Counted from the first letter of the stretch, positions 9,966 to 18,959 are shown. The stretch is 64,000 nt of DNA from Minisyncoccota bacterium (GCA_041688155.1 JBDNIW010000012.1:202-64201); one strand, 5' to 3'. The notes: a model not told the origin generated them from the sequence alone. Translations and numbers: made by a program.

Positions 9966-11495
9966 ATGAAACAAATAAGTTTAGGCAGTGATTTTACCTT
10001 TCAAGCTTTTATTGAAGCGGTTTTTTCATCTCCGGACTTAGATATTCCTTCGTTGCAGAGTGCCAACAAAACAGTGCAAGCTTCAGCTGAAGAAATTGTA
10101 TATGGCTGGAACACCGGTTTTGGACCGATGGCTCAAATCTATGTTGGTAAGCATGAACGGGTAAATCTTCAATACAATCTCGTCCGTAGTCATGCCTGCG
10201 GGGCAGGAAAACCCCTGTCAGATACATTGTGCCGAGCCATTTTGATTGCTCGACTGCAGACACTCTCCTTAGGATATTCAGCTGTAACAGAGCCTTTGCT
10301 GAGCGCTATGAAAAAGTTGGTAGTAAATCGTATACACCCGGTGGTGTATGAGCACGGTTCTGTTGGGGCGAGCGGAGATTTGGTACAGTTAGCGCACGTT
10401 GGCCTAGGACTCATTGGAGAAGGGGAGGTTTGGTACGAGAACGTTCTGATGCCTGCTGCCAAGGCACTTGAGGCGTGCGGACTAACTCCTTATGAACTTG
10501 GAAACCGTGATGGTTTAGCATTAATCAATGGGACAGCTGCGATGACAGCAATCGCAGCCATAAATATCAATCAAGCAGAGCAACTCTTTGAGCAGGCTAT
10601 CATCAATACGGCTTTAATTTATGATATATGCGAAGTACATCGAGATGTTTTTGATTCGCTTGTGGCACAAGTTCGTCCCCACCCAGGTCAGCGATACGTT
10701 ATTGATCGTTTGAATCATTATCTGCCGACCAGCTCCCATACCAGAGCTACTCCACTAATTAATTCAAAACAGATTAACGATTCAGAAACGTCACTTTTGT
10801 CCCATAATCCACAAGATATATATTCGTTACGTTGCGTTCCTCAAATACTTGGTCCAATACAAGACTCGATTCAGAGGGCTAAACAAACAGTTACAATTGA
10901 GCTCCAAAGTGTTACCGACAACCCAATTTTCAGTGCTAACCGTATTGTACACAATGGTAATTTTCACGGTGATTATGTTTCGTACGAAATGGATTGTTTA
11001 AAAATTGCGATAACGAAGCTGAGTTTATTGCTTGACCGACAAATGCATTTTTTGCTCCACGAACGAATCAACCAAAAATTCCCGCCATTTTTAAATGCCA
11101 ATACTCCAGGTCTAACTCTCGGACTCCAAGGATTACAGTTCGTTGCTACTTCAACAACAGCGGAAAATCAAACGATAAGTAATCCGATGAGTATTCACAG
11201 TATTCCAACCAATGGTGATAATCAAGATGTGGTTAGTATGGGTACCAATAGCGCTCTACTAGCTCACAAAGTTGTGAATAATACTTTTGAAATTTTAGCT
11301 GCCCACACAATTGCAGTAGTTCAGGCTACTAGGTTAAGCGGTAAGGGTGAATCTTTACCAAAAGAGTTATCCATGAAATACCAAATCGTAAACGAATTGA
11401 TTCCAGTGCTAGATAAAGATATGTCTCTACAGCCGGTTTTGGCAAAAGTGGGCCAAGATCTGCAGTCGTATCCACATACCAAAAAAACAAAATAA
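9966..11495 (+). CDS. aromatic amino-acid ammonia-lyase family enzyme (HAL/PAL/TAL; MIO prosthetic group)
   Basis: Ala-Ser-Gly MIO triad in GSVGASGDLVQLAHV and family-typical NTGFG. About 510 aa. No hutU, hutI or hutG neighbours. Confidence 0.8.
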   Translation: MKQISLGSDFTFQAFIEAVFSSPDLDIPSLQSANKTVQASAEEIVYGWNTGFGPMAQIYVGKHERVNLQYNLVRSHACGAGKPLSDTLCRAILIARLQTLSLGYSAVTEPLLSAMKKLVVNRIHPVVYEHGSVGASGDLVQLAHVGLGLIGEGEVWYENVLMPAAKALEACGLTPYELGNRDGLALINGTAAMTAIAAININQAEQLFEQAIINTALIYDICEVHRDVFDSLVAQVRPHPGQRYVIDRLNHYLPTSSHTRATPLINSKQINDSETSLLSHNPQDIYSLRCVPQILGPIQDSIQRAKQTVTIELQSVTDNPIFSANRIVHNGNFHGDYVSYEMDCLKIAITKLSLLLDRQMHFLLHERINQKFPPFLNANTPGLTLGLQGLQFVATSTTAENQTISNPMSIHSIPTNGDNQDVVSMGTNSALLAHKVVNNTFEILAAHTIAVVQATRLSGKGESLPKELSMKYQIVNELIPVLDKDMSLQPVLAKVGQDLQSYPHTKKTK

Positions 11496-11521
11496 TTGTA
11501 CTATATGGTATTATTCATTGT

Positions 11522-11734
11522 ATGAGCACGACATCAATAGTATTTACAAAAGTTTCTGCGGCACTGATTCTGTTACTAGCAATAGCAGCTTTCTTGGCTA
11601 CGTACGTCACCCAGGTTATAGGTGCACAGATGGCTAAAGAGTCAGGTTTTAGAGTAACAGAAAGTGTTAGCTGTACCCCAGGTCAATCAACTGAAAATGA
11701 TGCACATTTTTCAGGTTGTAGTTCTCTGATCTAG
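11522..11734 (+). CDS. hypothetical small membrane protein (70 aa)
   Basis: Single TM segment. Lies immediately downstream of the lyase. Confidence 0.3.
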   Translation: MSTTSIVFTKVSAALILLLAIAAFLATYVTQVIGAQMAKESGFRVTESVSCTPGQSTENDAHFSGCSSLI

Positions 11735-11751
11735 TTGCGCACAAGTGGGCG

Positions 11752-11827
11752 ATTGAAACTATTGAAACTATTGAAACTATTGAAACTATTGAAACTATTG
11801 AAACTATTGAAACTCAATAGTTTCAAT
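11752..11827. repeat. seven direct copies of ATTGAAACT, then an inverted copy (caatAGTTTCAAT) that can hairpin with the last unit
   Basis: Perfect 9-bp tandem repeat visible in the sequence. It lies inside an ORF that would encode (LKL)n. Confidence 0.9.
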
Positions 11828-11930
11828 CAAATGATAGAGAGAATTAATCTGGCTGATATTTTTACTAAAAATGAACATTGGATCCAATTAATATCAATCG
11901 AGCGACGCGCCGAACAGCTAAGTACATAGA

Positions 11931-11959
11931 AAAACCACCGGGTTTATCCGGTGGGTTTT
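11931..11959. terminator. hairpin aaaaccaccgg-gtttat-ccggtgggtttt (bidirectional terminator-like)
   Basis: Perfect inverted repeat with flanking A and T runs at the distal end of the island, before rpsN. Confidence 0.65.
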
Positions 11960-12139
11960 CTATTGCAATTCCACTTATTTCGCGTATAGTACTGCGCAAG
12001 ACGGGTTGCTAGTCCTATCTCTTTTGGTTGCTAGTACCGTTGTAGGCTTGGTGTTGACCTCGGTTGCACATAGCCGAATTTATTAAGGAGCCAGTCGTGA
12101 CATCTTCACGAAACTACTCCACTTTAGTCTAAGAAAAAA

Positions 12140-12325
12140 ATGGCACGAAAAGCACTTTTGATCCGCGCAGCGCGGACACCAAAGTTCAAATCGCGTGTGG
12201 TCCGACGTTGCGCCCTGTGTGGTCGTGGCAAGGGGTACATGCGTGACTTCGATATGTGTCGGATCTGTTTCCGAGAACAAGCACACGAAGGTCATATTCC
12301 AGGCGTAACCAAATCATCATGGTAG
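12140..12325 (+). CDS. rpsN: 30S ribosomal protein S14, type Z (zinc-binding)
   Basis: 61 aa with a CxxC...CxxC zinc-binding pattern: MARKALLIRAARTPKFKSRVVRRCALCGR...CRICFRE. Confidence 0.93.
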   Translation: MARKALLIRAARTPKFKSRVVRRCALCGRGKGYMRDFDMCRICFREQAHEGHIPGVTKSSW

Positions 12326-12714
12326 GCGACGTCGTGGGGGATTTTATCATCCGCCTCAAAAACGCCGGAGCAGTGAACAAGGGAACGATTTCGATCCCGT
12401 ATTCAAAACTCCGACACGCGGTAGCAGATAAGTTAGTAGACGCTGGATATCTAGTGTCAGTAACCACTGCCGGTGTTAAGGTACAAGAAAAAACTCTCGA
12501 AGTGACACTGAGGTATGAGGACGGCACACACATCATCCGTGGTGTAAAACGCATCTCAAAACCAGGTCGACGTCTCTATACGAAAGTTACGGATATTCAT
12601 CCGGTTAAATTTGGACAAGGGCACATGATCCTTTCTACCCCCGCAGGCATCGTCACTGGCGAAGAAGCGCGGGCCCAGAAAGTTGGTGGTGAGCAATTGT
12701 TTATCATTTGGTAA
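12319..12714 (+). CDS. rpsH: 30S ribosomal protein S8
   Basis: Translation MVGDVVGDFIIRLKNAGAV... matches S8. The gene overlaps the end of rpsN. Confidence 0.9.
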   Translation: MVGDVVGDFIIRLKNAGAVNKGTISIPYSKLRHAVADKLVDAGYLVSVTTAGVKVQEKTLEVTLRYEDGTHIIRGVKRISKPGRRLYTKVTDIHPVKFGQGHMILSTPAGIVTGEEARAQKVGGEQLFIIW

Positions 12715-12715
12715 T

Positions 12716-13252
12716 ATGTCACGATTAGGAAAAATTCCAGTCGTCATCCCAGCGGGAGTAGAGGTTACTCTCACTGACGGCGTACTGAAGACAAAAGGAC
12801 CCAAAGCCACCCTCGAGCGAGCTGTTCGAGAAGCCAACGTGTCGTTTGTAATCGAAGGAAACGAAATAACGCTCGCACCAGTGAACCAAACCAAAGAGTC
12901 AAGAGCGCTTTGGGGTACCTATGCCGCGCACGCGCGCAACATGATCACCGGAGTGACAGAGGGGTTCACTCGGGTACTTGAGATTGAAGGAGTGGGGTAT
13001 CGAGCGACCATCGAAGGTAATACAATCGTACTGAACGTCGGATTCTCACACCAAGTCAAGCTAGAAATCCCAGCTGGGATTACGGCTGAAGTGGTCAAGA
13101 GCACCATCACTCTAGCTGGGTCTGATAAAGACGCACTGGGGCAGTTCGCTGCCAACCTGCGCAAAGTCAAACCACCAGAACCATACAAAGGCAAAGGAAT
13201 CAGGTACCAAGGCGAACACATTATCCGCAAGCAAGGTAAGAAGGCTGTCTAG
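12716..13252 (+). CDS. rplF: 50S ribosomal protein L6
   Basis: Translation MSRLGKIPVVIPAGVEVTL... matches L6. Confidence 0.92.
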   Translation: MSRLGKIPVVIPAGVEVTLTDGVLKTKGPKATLERAVREANVSFVIEGNEITLAPVNQTKESRALWGTYAAHARNMITGVTEGFTRVLEIEGVGYRATIEGNTIVLNVGFSHQVKLEIPAGITAEVVKSTITLAGSDKDALGQFAANLRKVKPPEPYKGKGIRYQGEHIIRKQGKKAV

Positions 13253-13273
13253 TCTCGCCGTAATTATATTTGT

Positions 13274-13621
13274 ATGAAAACAATCATCAGCAAAGCGCAA
13301 TCACGTGCCAAACGACACAACCGCCTGCGACACAAAATCACTGGAACAGCAGCCCGACCACGACTCGCTGTGTTCAAGAGCAATAAGTTCGTATACGCGC
13401 AATTGATCAACGATGAAACTGGCACCACATTGGCTGCAGTTGACTCGCGGAAAGAGAAAGGGACGTCACTCGAGGCTGCTCAAGTTATCGGCACCGCCAT
13501 CGCCAAACAAGCGCTCGATGCTAAGGTAACCGAAGTTGTGTTCGACCGCGGAGGGTTCCAATACATCGGGATAGTGGCTGCAGTAGCAGACGCCGCCCGA
13601 GCCGGAGGATTAAAGTTCTAG
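13274..13621 (+). CDS. rplR: 50S ribosomal protein L18
   Basis: 115 aa. The sequence ...RLAVFKSNKFVYAQLIND... matches L18. Confidence 0.92.
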   Translation: MKTIISKAQSRAKRHNRLRHKITGTAARPRLAVFKSNKFVYAQLINDETGTTLAAVDSRKEKGTSLEAAQVIGTAIAKQALDAKVTEVVFDRGGFQYIGIVAAVADAARAGGLKF

Positions 13622-13652
13622 TTCTAGATACATTAAAAAATAGCAAATTACT

Positions 13653-14345
13653 ATGTCTGAAGATAAACAGCAGGAAGCTACAACTGACAAAAAGTCAGAC
13701 GCTGTCGTGGAGAAAACTCCCACAGCAGTTGCGCCGGAAGCGGCCGCAACCACAGATGCACCCGCTGGCGAAACGCCCGTCCTGACAGGCGGTGATCGTC
13801 CGCGACGAGGTGGAGCGCGTCCCCGAGGGGCCAATGATCGCCGCGCTGGCGCCCAAGGTAGTCGCCGCGGGGGTGGTAACCGCCGGAGCGGTCGCCCAGA
13901 GCGAGTGAAACCGGAATTCGACCAGAAAATCATCAGTATTCGCCGAGTGACCCGTGTGATGGCGGGAGGTCGTCGGTTCTCATTCTCAGTATCAATGGTG
14001 ATTGGAGACAAAAAAGGTAAAGTTGGCGTTGGTATCGGCAAGGCTGGTGATACCCAACTAGCGATTGAAAAGGCTGTCCGAGACGCGAAGAAAAACATGT
14101 TGCAGGTCTCAATGGATGCTGAAGGCCGCATCCCACACGATGTGCATGTGAAATACGCTTCAAGCGAAGTTATGATCATGCCAGCACCTGGGCGAGGGCT
14201 CGTGGCTGGATCATCAGTGCGTACCGTACTGGAGCTAGCTGGAGTCAAAGACGTGACGGCAAAACTCTTTTCTCGAAGTAAGAACAAACTTAACAATGCA
14301 CGCGCTGCTGTCGAGGCGCTCAAGGAGCTAAAAATGAAAGCGTAA
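13653..14345 (+). CDS. rpsE: 30S ribosomal protein S5 with an ~85-aa Arg/Gly-rich N-terminal extension
   Basis: The S5 core IISIRRVTRVMAGGRRFSFS...GKVGVGIGKAGD follows a low-complexity RGG-rich extension. Confidence 0.92.
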   Translation: MSEDKQQEATTDKKSDAVVEKTPTAVAPEAAATTDAPAGETPVLTGGDRPRRGGARPRGANDRRAGAQGSRRGGGNRRSGRPERVKPEFDQKIISIRRVTRVMAGGRRFSFSVSMVIGDKKGKVGVGIGKAGDTQLAIEKAVRDAKKNMLQVSMDAEGRIPHDVHVKYASSEVMIMPAPGRGLVAGSSVRTVLELAGVKDVTAKLFSRSKNKLNNARAAVEALKELKMKA

Positions 14346-14346
14346 T

Positions 14347-14796
14347 ATGCAACTTCATGAACTACAGCCTTCAACTCCTAAAAAAGCCGCAAAGCGGATT
14401 GGACGAGGAGGAAAGCGCGGTAAGACTTCAGGCCGAGGTCACAAAGGACAGAAAGCGCGAGCTGGTAACAGTACTCGCCCAGAAATGCGTGAGCACATCA
14501 AGAAAATTCCCAAGCTTCGTGGTCACGGAGTCAACCGATCGCGGACAGTGAACGCCGAAAAGGTGCGACCAGTAGCGATCAATATTGCTGCGCTTGAAGC
14601 CGGGTTTGAAGCTGGCGCAGTAGTAAACCGAAAAACCATGGTCGCAGCTGGTGTGCTCGCAACCGTCCGAATGAAAGCTCCCGCGGTCAAGATTCTTGGC
14701 AACGGGGACCTCACCAAAAAACTAATCGTTGAAGATTGTCAGGTATCTGCCTCAGCTAAAAGCAAAATTGAAGCGGCTGGCGGAAGCGTAAAATAA
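14347..14796 (+). CDS. rplO: 50S ribosomal protein L15
   Basis: Basic, Gly-rich N-terminus typical of L15: KRIGRGGKRGKTSGRGHKGQK. Confidence 0.9.
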   Translation: MQLHELQPSTPKKAAKRIGRGGKRGKTSGRGHKGQKARAGNSTRPEMREHIKKIPKLRGHGVNRSRTVNAEKVRPVAINIAALEAGFEAGAVVNRKTMVAAGVLATVRMKAPAVKILGNGDLTKKLIVEDCQVSASAKSKIEAAGGSVK

Positions 14797-14812
14797 GCGG
14801 TAAACTCAGCTT

Positions 14813-16081
14813 ATGCAAACATTCTTCCAGAAACTTAAAATAGCTTTCACTGACCGGACGATTCGTAATCGCATCTTATTTATTTTTGGTGCGCTGATCG
14901 TGTTTCGTCTGTTGGCATCAATTCCAATTCCTGGAGTTGATCAAACGGTGCTCGAACAATTCTTTAGTAACAACCAATTCTTGGGTCTACTGAATATATT
15001 CTCCGGCGGAGGGTTGGCGAACTTGTCCATCGTGATGCTTGGGGTGGGGCCGTTTATTACAGCTTCCATCATCATGCAGTTGATGACCGTGATGTCACCA
15101 GCGGTGAAAAGTATGAACACCGAAGAGGGAGAAGCTGGTAAGGCTAAATTCACGCAGTATAGTCGCATGTTGACGTTGCCGCTAGCGGTCTTACAAGGAT
15201 TTGGGTTCCTCACGCTCTTGCAGAGCCAGGGTGTACTAGTTGGACTATCGACGTTTGATTTCATTTTGAACATCATTCTGATTGTGTCTGGTTCGATTCT
15301 ACTCATGTGGATTGGTGAACTAGTGACTGAATACGGGATTGGTAACGGAGTATCGATTATCATTTTTGCCGGGATTGTAGCGACGCTACCGTCCACTGCC
15401 TCACAGTTGTTCTTCAGCTATGATCCATCACAACTACCGTTGTATCTAGGGTTCGGTTTGATTGCGCTAGCGGTTATCTACGCGGTGGTGATTATGACCG
15501 AAGCCGAGCGACCAGTACCTGTCACCTACTCCAAAGAAAGCCGCGGCGGGAGTACCTACGGCAAAAGTGCGTCGTATCTACCAATGCGCCTCAACCAAGC
15601 TGGTGTAATCCCAATCATCTTTGCGTTGTCCATCATCCTGTTTCCACAGATGATTCTCAACATCTTGACGGCGTTCAACTTGCCGTGGGTGGCAGACGCC
15701 AACACCGTAGTGACTGATTTTCTCAACAACCAATGGGCGTACGGAGCAACGTACTTTATCCTCGTGATTCTGTTTACGTTCTTCTACACCGCGGTAACGT
15801 TTGATCCAGACAATGTGGCCAAAAACCTACAACGATCAGGTGGCTTCATCCCAGGCATCCGTCCGGGGGCACAAACCAGCGAATACCTTGGTAACCTGGT
15901 TACTCGACTGACATTGGTAGGTGCGCTCTTCCTAGGGTTTGTAGCGGTGCTTCCAGTTGGGATGCAGATTGCTACCGGAATCACCGCCCTGGCGATTGGA
16001 GGAACGGCGATTCTCATTGTGGTGCAAGTGGTGCTTGACCTGATCCGAAGGCTAGACGCCCAAGTCTCAATGCGGGAATAA
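14813..16081 (+). CDS. secY: preprotein translocase subunit SecY
   Basis: 422 aa with about 10 TM segments. Conserved position after rplO. Confidence 0.95.
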   Translation: MQTFFQKLKIAFTDRTIRNRILFIFGALIVFRLLASIPIPGVDQTVLEQFFSNNQFLGLLNIFSGGGLANLSIVMLGVGPFITASIIMQLMTVMSPAVKSMNTEEGEAGKAKFTQYSRMLTLPLAVLQGFGFLTLLQSQGVLVGLSTFDFILNIILIVSGSILLMWIGELVTEYGIGNGVSIIIFAGIVATLPSTASQLFFSYDPSQLPLYLGFGLIALAVIYAVVIMTEAERPVPVTYSKESRGGSTYGKSASYLPMRLNQAGVIPIIFALSIILFPQMILNILTAFNLPWVADANTVVTDFLNNQWAYGATYFILVILFTFFYTAVTFDPDNVAKNLQRSGGFIPGIRPGAQTSEYLGNLVTRLTLVGALFLGFVAVLPVGMQIATGITALAIGGTAILIVVQVVLDLIRRLDAQVSMRE

Positions 16082-16119
16082 ATCTCCAAAACTAGGCAGC
16101 TACTTTGTTGCTCTACGAA

Positions 16120-16165
16120 AAAAGACCCTCACTGGACATTCGTCCCGCTCGGGTCTTTTTTCTTG
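16120..16165. terminator. stem-loop aaaaaagaccc...gggtctttttt between convergent secY and the kinase-like gene
   Basis: Inverted repeat GACCC/GGGTC with flanking A6 and T6 runs. Confidence 0.5.
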
Positions 16166-16220
16166 TGCGCCGCGCATCTTTCCTAATTTGGGGATTTATT
16201 CAGCCGTATTACTTTTGAGT

Positions 16221-16853
16221 TTAGTATTGGTTCTTGTATGAAAACCCAAGTGGGATGGCGCTTTTCCGTTGTTTCCAGTATTCCATCTGCAGCCACTGCT
16301 TATAGGCATCAAATACGGCAATCGCGACTGAGTGCGGGTTGTGGCGGGCGGTGTCGATGATTAGGTCAAATTGCGATTGATCGTACGGATCGACCCCATA
16401 TAGTTTCAAAAAGCGTTCTTGTTCATCACACATCCGGTCCTCAACACTGTGCGCCACCGACGAGAGGGTTTGGTCACCTCCCTCAACGCCAGTCCGGGTC
16501 GAGTTGGCGGTGACGTCTTTATAGATTCGCGCGGTGGCAACTGAGAGGTCTAAGTCCAAATAGACTTTGAATGATTCGGGGAGCCAGTAGAACCCGAGAC
16601 GCGAGTCAACGATGATGTCTTCTTGGTCTCGCAAGTTGCGCAACTCCTCATCAATTTGGTCGTCAAGGTCATGGTCTGAGAAAGCTTTCCGGTTGTATTC
16701 TTCGAGCGTGATGCCGTTGCGTTTGAGTACCCGGCGTACCATGTCACCAGAGGAATGCCGTGTGTACCCCAGTAGCTCCGCGACTTTGTCAGAGGTAGAC
16801 GATTTGCCGCTGCCTGGTTTGCCAGAGAGAGTGATGATGTGTTTCTTTTGCAT
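16221..16853 (-). CDS. cytidylate kinase-like (P-loop NMP kinase) protein, paralog 1
   Basis: P-loop LSGKPGSGKSS and a Cmk-like segment HSSGDMVRR (compare DTGAMYR). About 210 aa from MQKKHI. Confidence 0.6.
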   Translation of the reverse strand: MQKKHIITLSGKPGSGKSSTSDKVAELLGYTRHSSGDMVRRVLKRNGITLEEYNRKAFSDHDLDDQIDEELRNLRDQEDIIVDSRLGFYWLPESFKVYLDLDLSVATARIYKDVTANSTRTGVEGGDQTLSSVAHSVEDRMCDEQERFLKLYGVDPYDQSQFDLIIDTARHNPHSVAIAVFDAYKQWLQMEYWKQRKSAIPLGFSYKNQY

Positions 16854-16857
16854 GCGT

Positions 16858-17427
16858 CTATGATACACGCCATTGCGCAAATGCGGCAATCACCAGTGCG
16901 GCAACTTCCGCCGGATTGTGTTTCTCGGTGTCAACTACGAGGTCGTATTGAGTGCTGTCGTATGGTGATAGTCCATAGTGGCGCATGTATCGATCGTTAT
17001 GATTCTCGATGCGGGCTTGGATGCGTTTCTTGGCTTCCTCGACACTGTCCATGACATCCCCAACTGATTTGCGAGTCTCGCGCTCGCGGTCCTTGTAGAT
17101 ACGCCGAGCTGATTCTTCAATAGATACCTGAAAAAAAACTTTAAATCCGCTGGGAACAAAATGAAACGCTAGGTGTGAATCGACGACGATGTTATCTACT
17201 TCAGTCTGGATTCTTTTTAACTCTAGGTCAATTAGTTCATCGTCATCTTTGTGTGTGGCAATGTGTGCATTAAATTCGTCAAACGTCATTCCTCGTTTTT
17301 TTGCTATTGAGCGCATGTAGTCACCAGTAGAAAACATCTGCATACCTAACTGGGCCGCAATCTCGTCTCGGACGGTTGATTTGCCACCACCTGGTAATCC
17401 ACCAAGACAAATAATATTCTTTTTCAT
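16858..17427 (-). CDS. cytidylate kinase-like (P-loop NMP kinase) protein, paralog 2
   Basis: P-loop LGGLPGGGKST and STGDYMRSIAKKRG. It is colinear with paralog 1, so the two form a tandem pair. Confidence 0.6.
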   Translation of the reverse strand: MKKNIICLGGLPGGGKSTVRDEIAAQLGMQMFSTGDYMRSIAKKRGMTFDEFNAHIATHKDDDELIDLELKRIQTEVDNIVVDSHLAFHFVPSGFKVFFQVSIEESARRIYKDRERETRKSVGDVMDSVEEAKKRIQARIENHNDRYMRHYGLSPYDSTQYDLVVDTEKHNPAEVAALVIAAFAQWRVS

Positions 17428-17502
17428 GTCGAACAGAATAACACAACTTGCAGTTTTTGGGCGACTTGTTTTTTGACATAACTTACGTACACTAGGCAAC
17501 GT

Positions 17503-18099
17503 ATGACACCAAAAACCATTATTTTTATTGGACCCCAAGGAAGTGGGAAGGGAACCCAGATTGCAAAACTATACGACGTGATTGCTGCTAGCGACCCGTC
17601 GCGCCGGATTGTCGACATTCAGACTGGGCGTCGGTTCAGGGCGTTAGCCGCCAAACATGAAACATTCGCAGACAAGAAAATAGCTGACAGTATGAGTACG
17701 GGTGAATTGCAGCCTGACTTCATCACCCACTTGCTATGGGGACAAGCGATGCTCGACCAGCTCGACCCTAAGTCCCATTTGTTGATTGACGGGTTCCCTC
17801 GCACCGCCCATCAAGCTCGTGTGCTTGATAATGCCCTGACGTTTTTTGAACGTGACAAAGTCACCGTTATCAACCTCGACACTCCTGAAGACATCGTGCG
17901 TAGTCGAATGGAAAGTCGTGCCCGGGCGGATGATACTCCAGATTCAATCGAGACCCGACTGCGCTGGTACCGCGAAGATACTCTGCCGGTACTTGATTTT
18001 TATCGGGCTCGCACCCACACGACAGTGCACGATATAGATGGTACGATGGATATTGATGGCGTACACAACGCAATTTGTGACGCTCTTAACTTGTCCTAA
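17503..18099 (+). CDS. adk: adenylate kinase
   Basis: Translation IIFIGPQGSGKGTQ...; conserved position after secY. Confidence 0.9.
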   Translation: MTPKTIIFIGPQGSGKGTQIAKLYDVIAASDPSRRIVDIQTGRRFRALAAKHETFADKKIADSMSTGELQPDFITHLLWGQAMLDQLDPKSHLLIDGFPRTAHQARVLDNALTFFERDKVTVINLDTPEDIVRSRMESRARADDTPDSIETRLRWYREDTLPVLDFYRARTHTTVHDIDGTMDIDGVHNAICDALNLS

Positions 18100-18108
18100 C
18101 TTTTTATA

Positions 18109-18879
18109 ATGATTACCAAAAAGTCACCCGAAGAAATCGCCATCCTCGCCGAGGGTGGGGCAATACTGGCGCAGATACTCAAAACTCTCGGGACAGCTGC
18201 GTTGGCCGGAGTGAGTACTTTAGCACTTGATGATTTAGCGATGGAACTAGCTGCTGCGGCTGGGGTCGAGCCGGTGCTGCTGGGGTACCACCCAGAATTT
18301 GCTTCAGTGCCGTATCCGGCGGCGGTTTGCATATCGGTCAACAACTGCGTCCAGCACGGAATTCCCTCTGCGGAAAACGTCCTTCAGGACGGAGACGTCG
18401 TCAATATCGACATGTCGATCGCACACGGTGGAATGATTGTCGATAGCGGGATCACTGTGGGGGTGGGGGAGATTGACGAGCAGTCACGCAAACTAATCGA
18501 GGTGACCCGCGAAGCGCTGGCACATGGGATCAAAGCTGCTCAGCCTGGTAACCACATCGGTGACATTGGTGCAGCCGTTCAGCGCCTGGTCGAGTCGCGC
18601 GGCTTTTCTGTCGTGGAGACACTCTGCGGGCACGGGGTAGGCTACGCCATCCATGAGTCACCAAACATTCCCAACTACGGCCAGGCTGGTACCGGTCCAC
18701 TCATCGAAGTTGGGCACGTGTATGCCATTGAGCCAATTGTGAACATTGGTAAGCCTGACGTTGTGTTTGACGACGAGGGCGACGGCTACAGCGTGTACAC
18801 CGAAGACGACAGCTGGAGCGCTCACTTTGAACACACCGTAGTGATCACTCCTGATGGTCCAGTGATACTAACCAGATAA
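18109..18879 (+). CDS. map: methionine aminopeptidase (type I)
   Basis: Pita-bread fold metal ligands (D..D..H..E..E context: HGIPSAENVLQDGDVVNIDMS..., CGHGVGYAIHESP). Confidence 0.92.
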   Translation: MITKKSPEEIAILAEGGAILAQILKTLGTAALAGVSTLALDDLAMELAAAAGVEPVLLGYHPEFASVPYPAAVCISVNNCVQHGIPSAENVLQDGDVVNIDMSIAHGGMIVDSGITVGVGEIDEQSRKLIEVTREALAHGIKAAQPGNHIGDIGAAVQRLVESRGFSVVETLCGHGVGYAIHESPNIPNYGQAGTGPLIEVGHVYAIEPIVNIGKPDVVFDDEGDGYSVYTEDDSWSAHFEHTVVITPDGPVILTR

Positions 18880-18959
18880 AGTCTCGCTTGAGGCTTTTCT
18901 TTTTTATTTCGTACGGTATACTGCGCGCATATTAATCAGTCATACTAATCAATACTTTC

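Noticed and set aside
13610-14374. 254-aa antisense ORF across rpsE
   Set aside because: It is the mirror of the GC-rich Arg/Gly extension of S5 and has no independent support.
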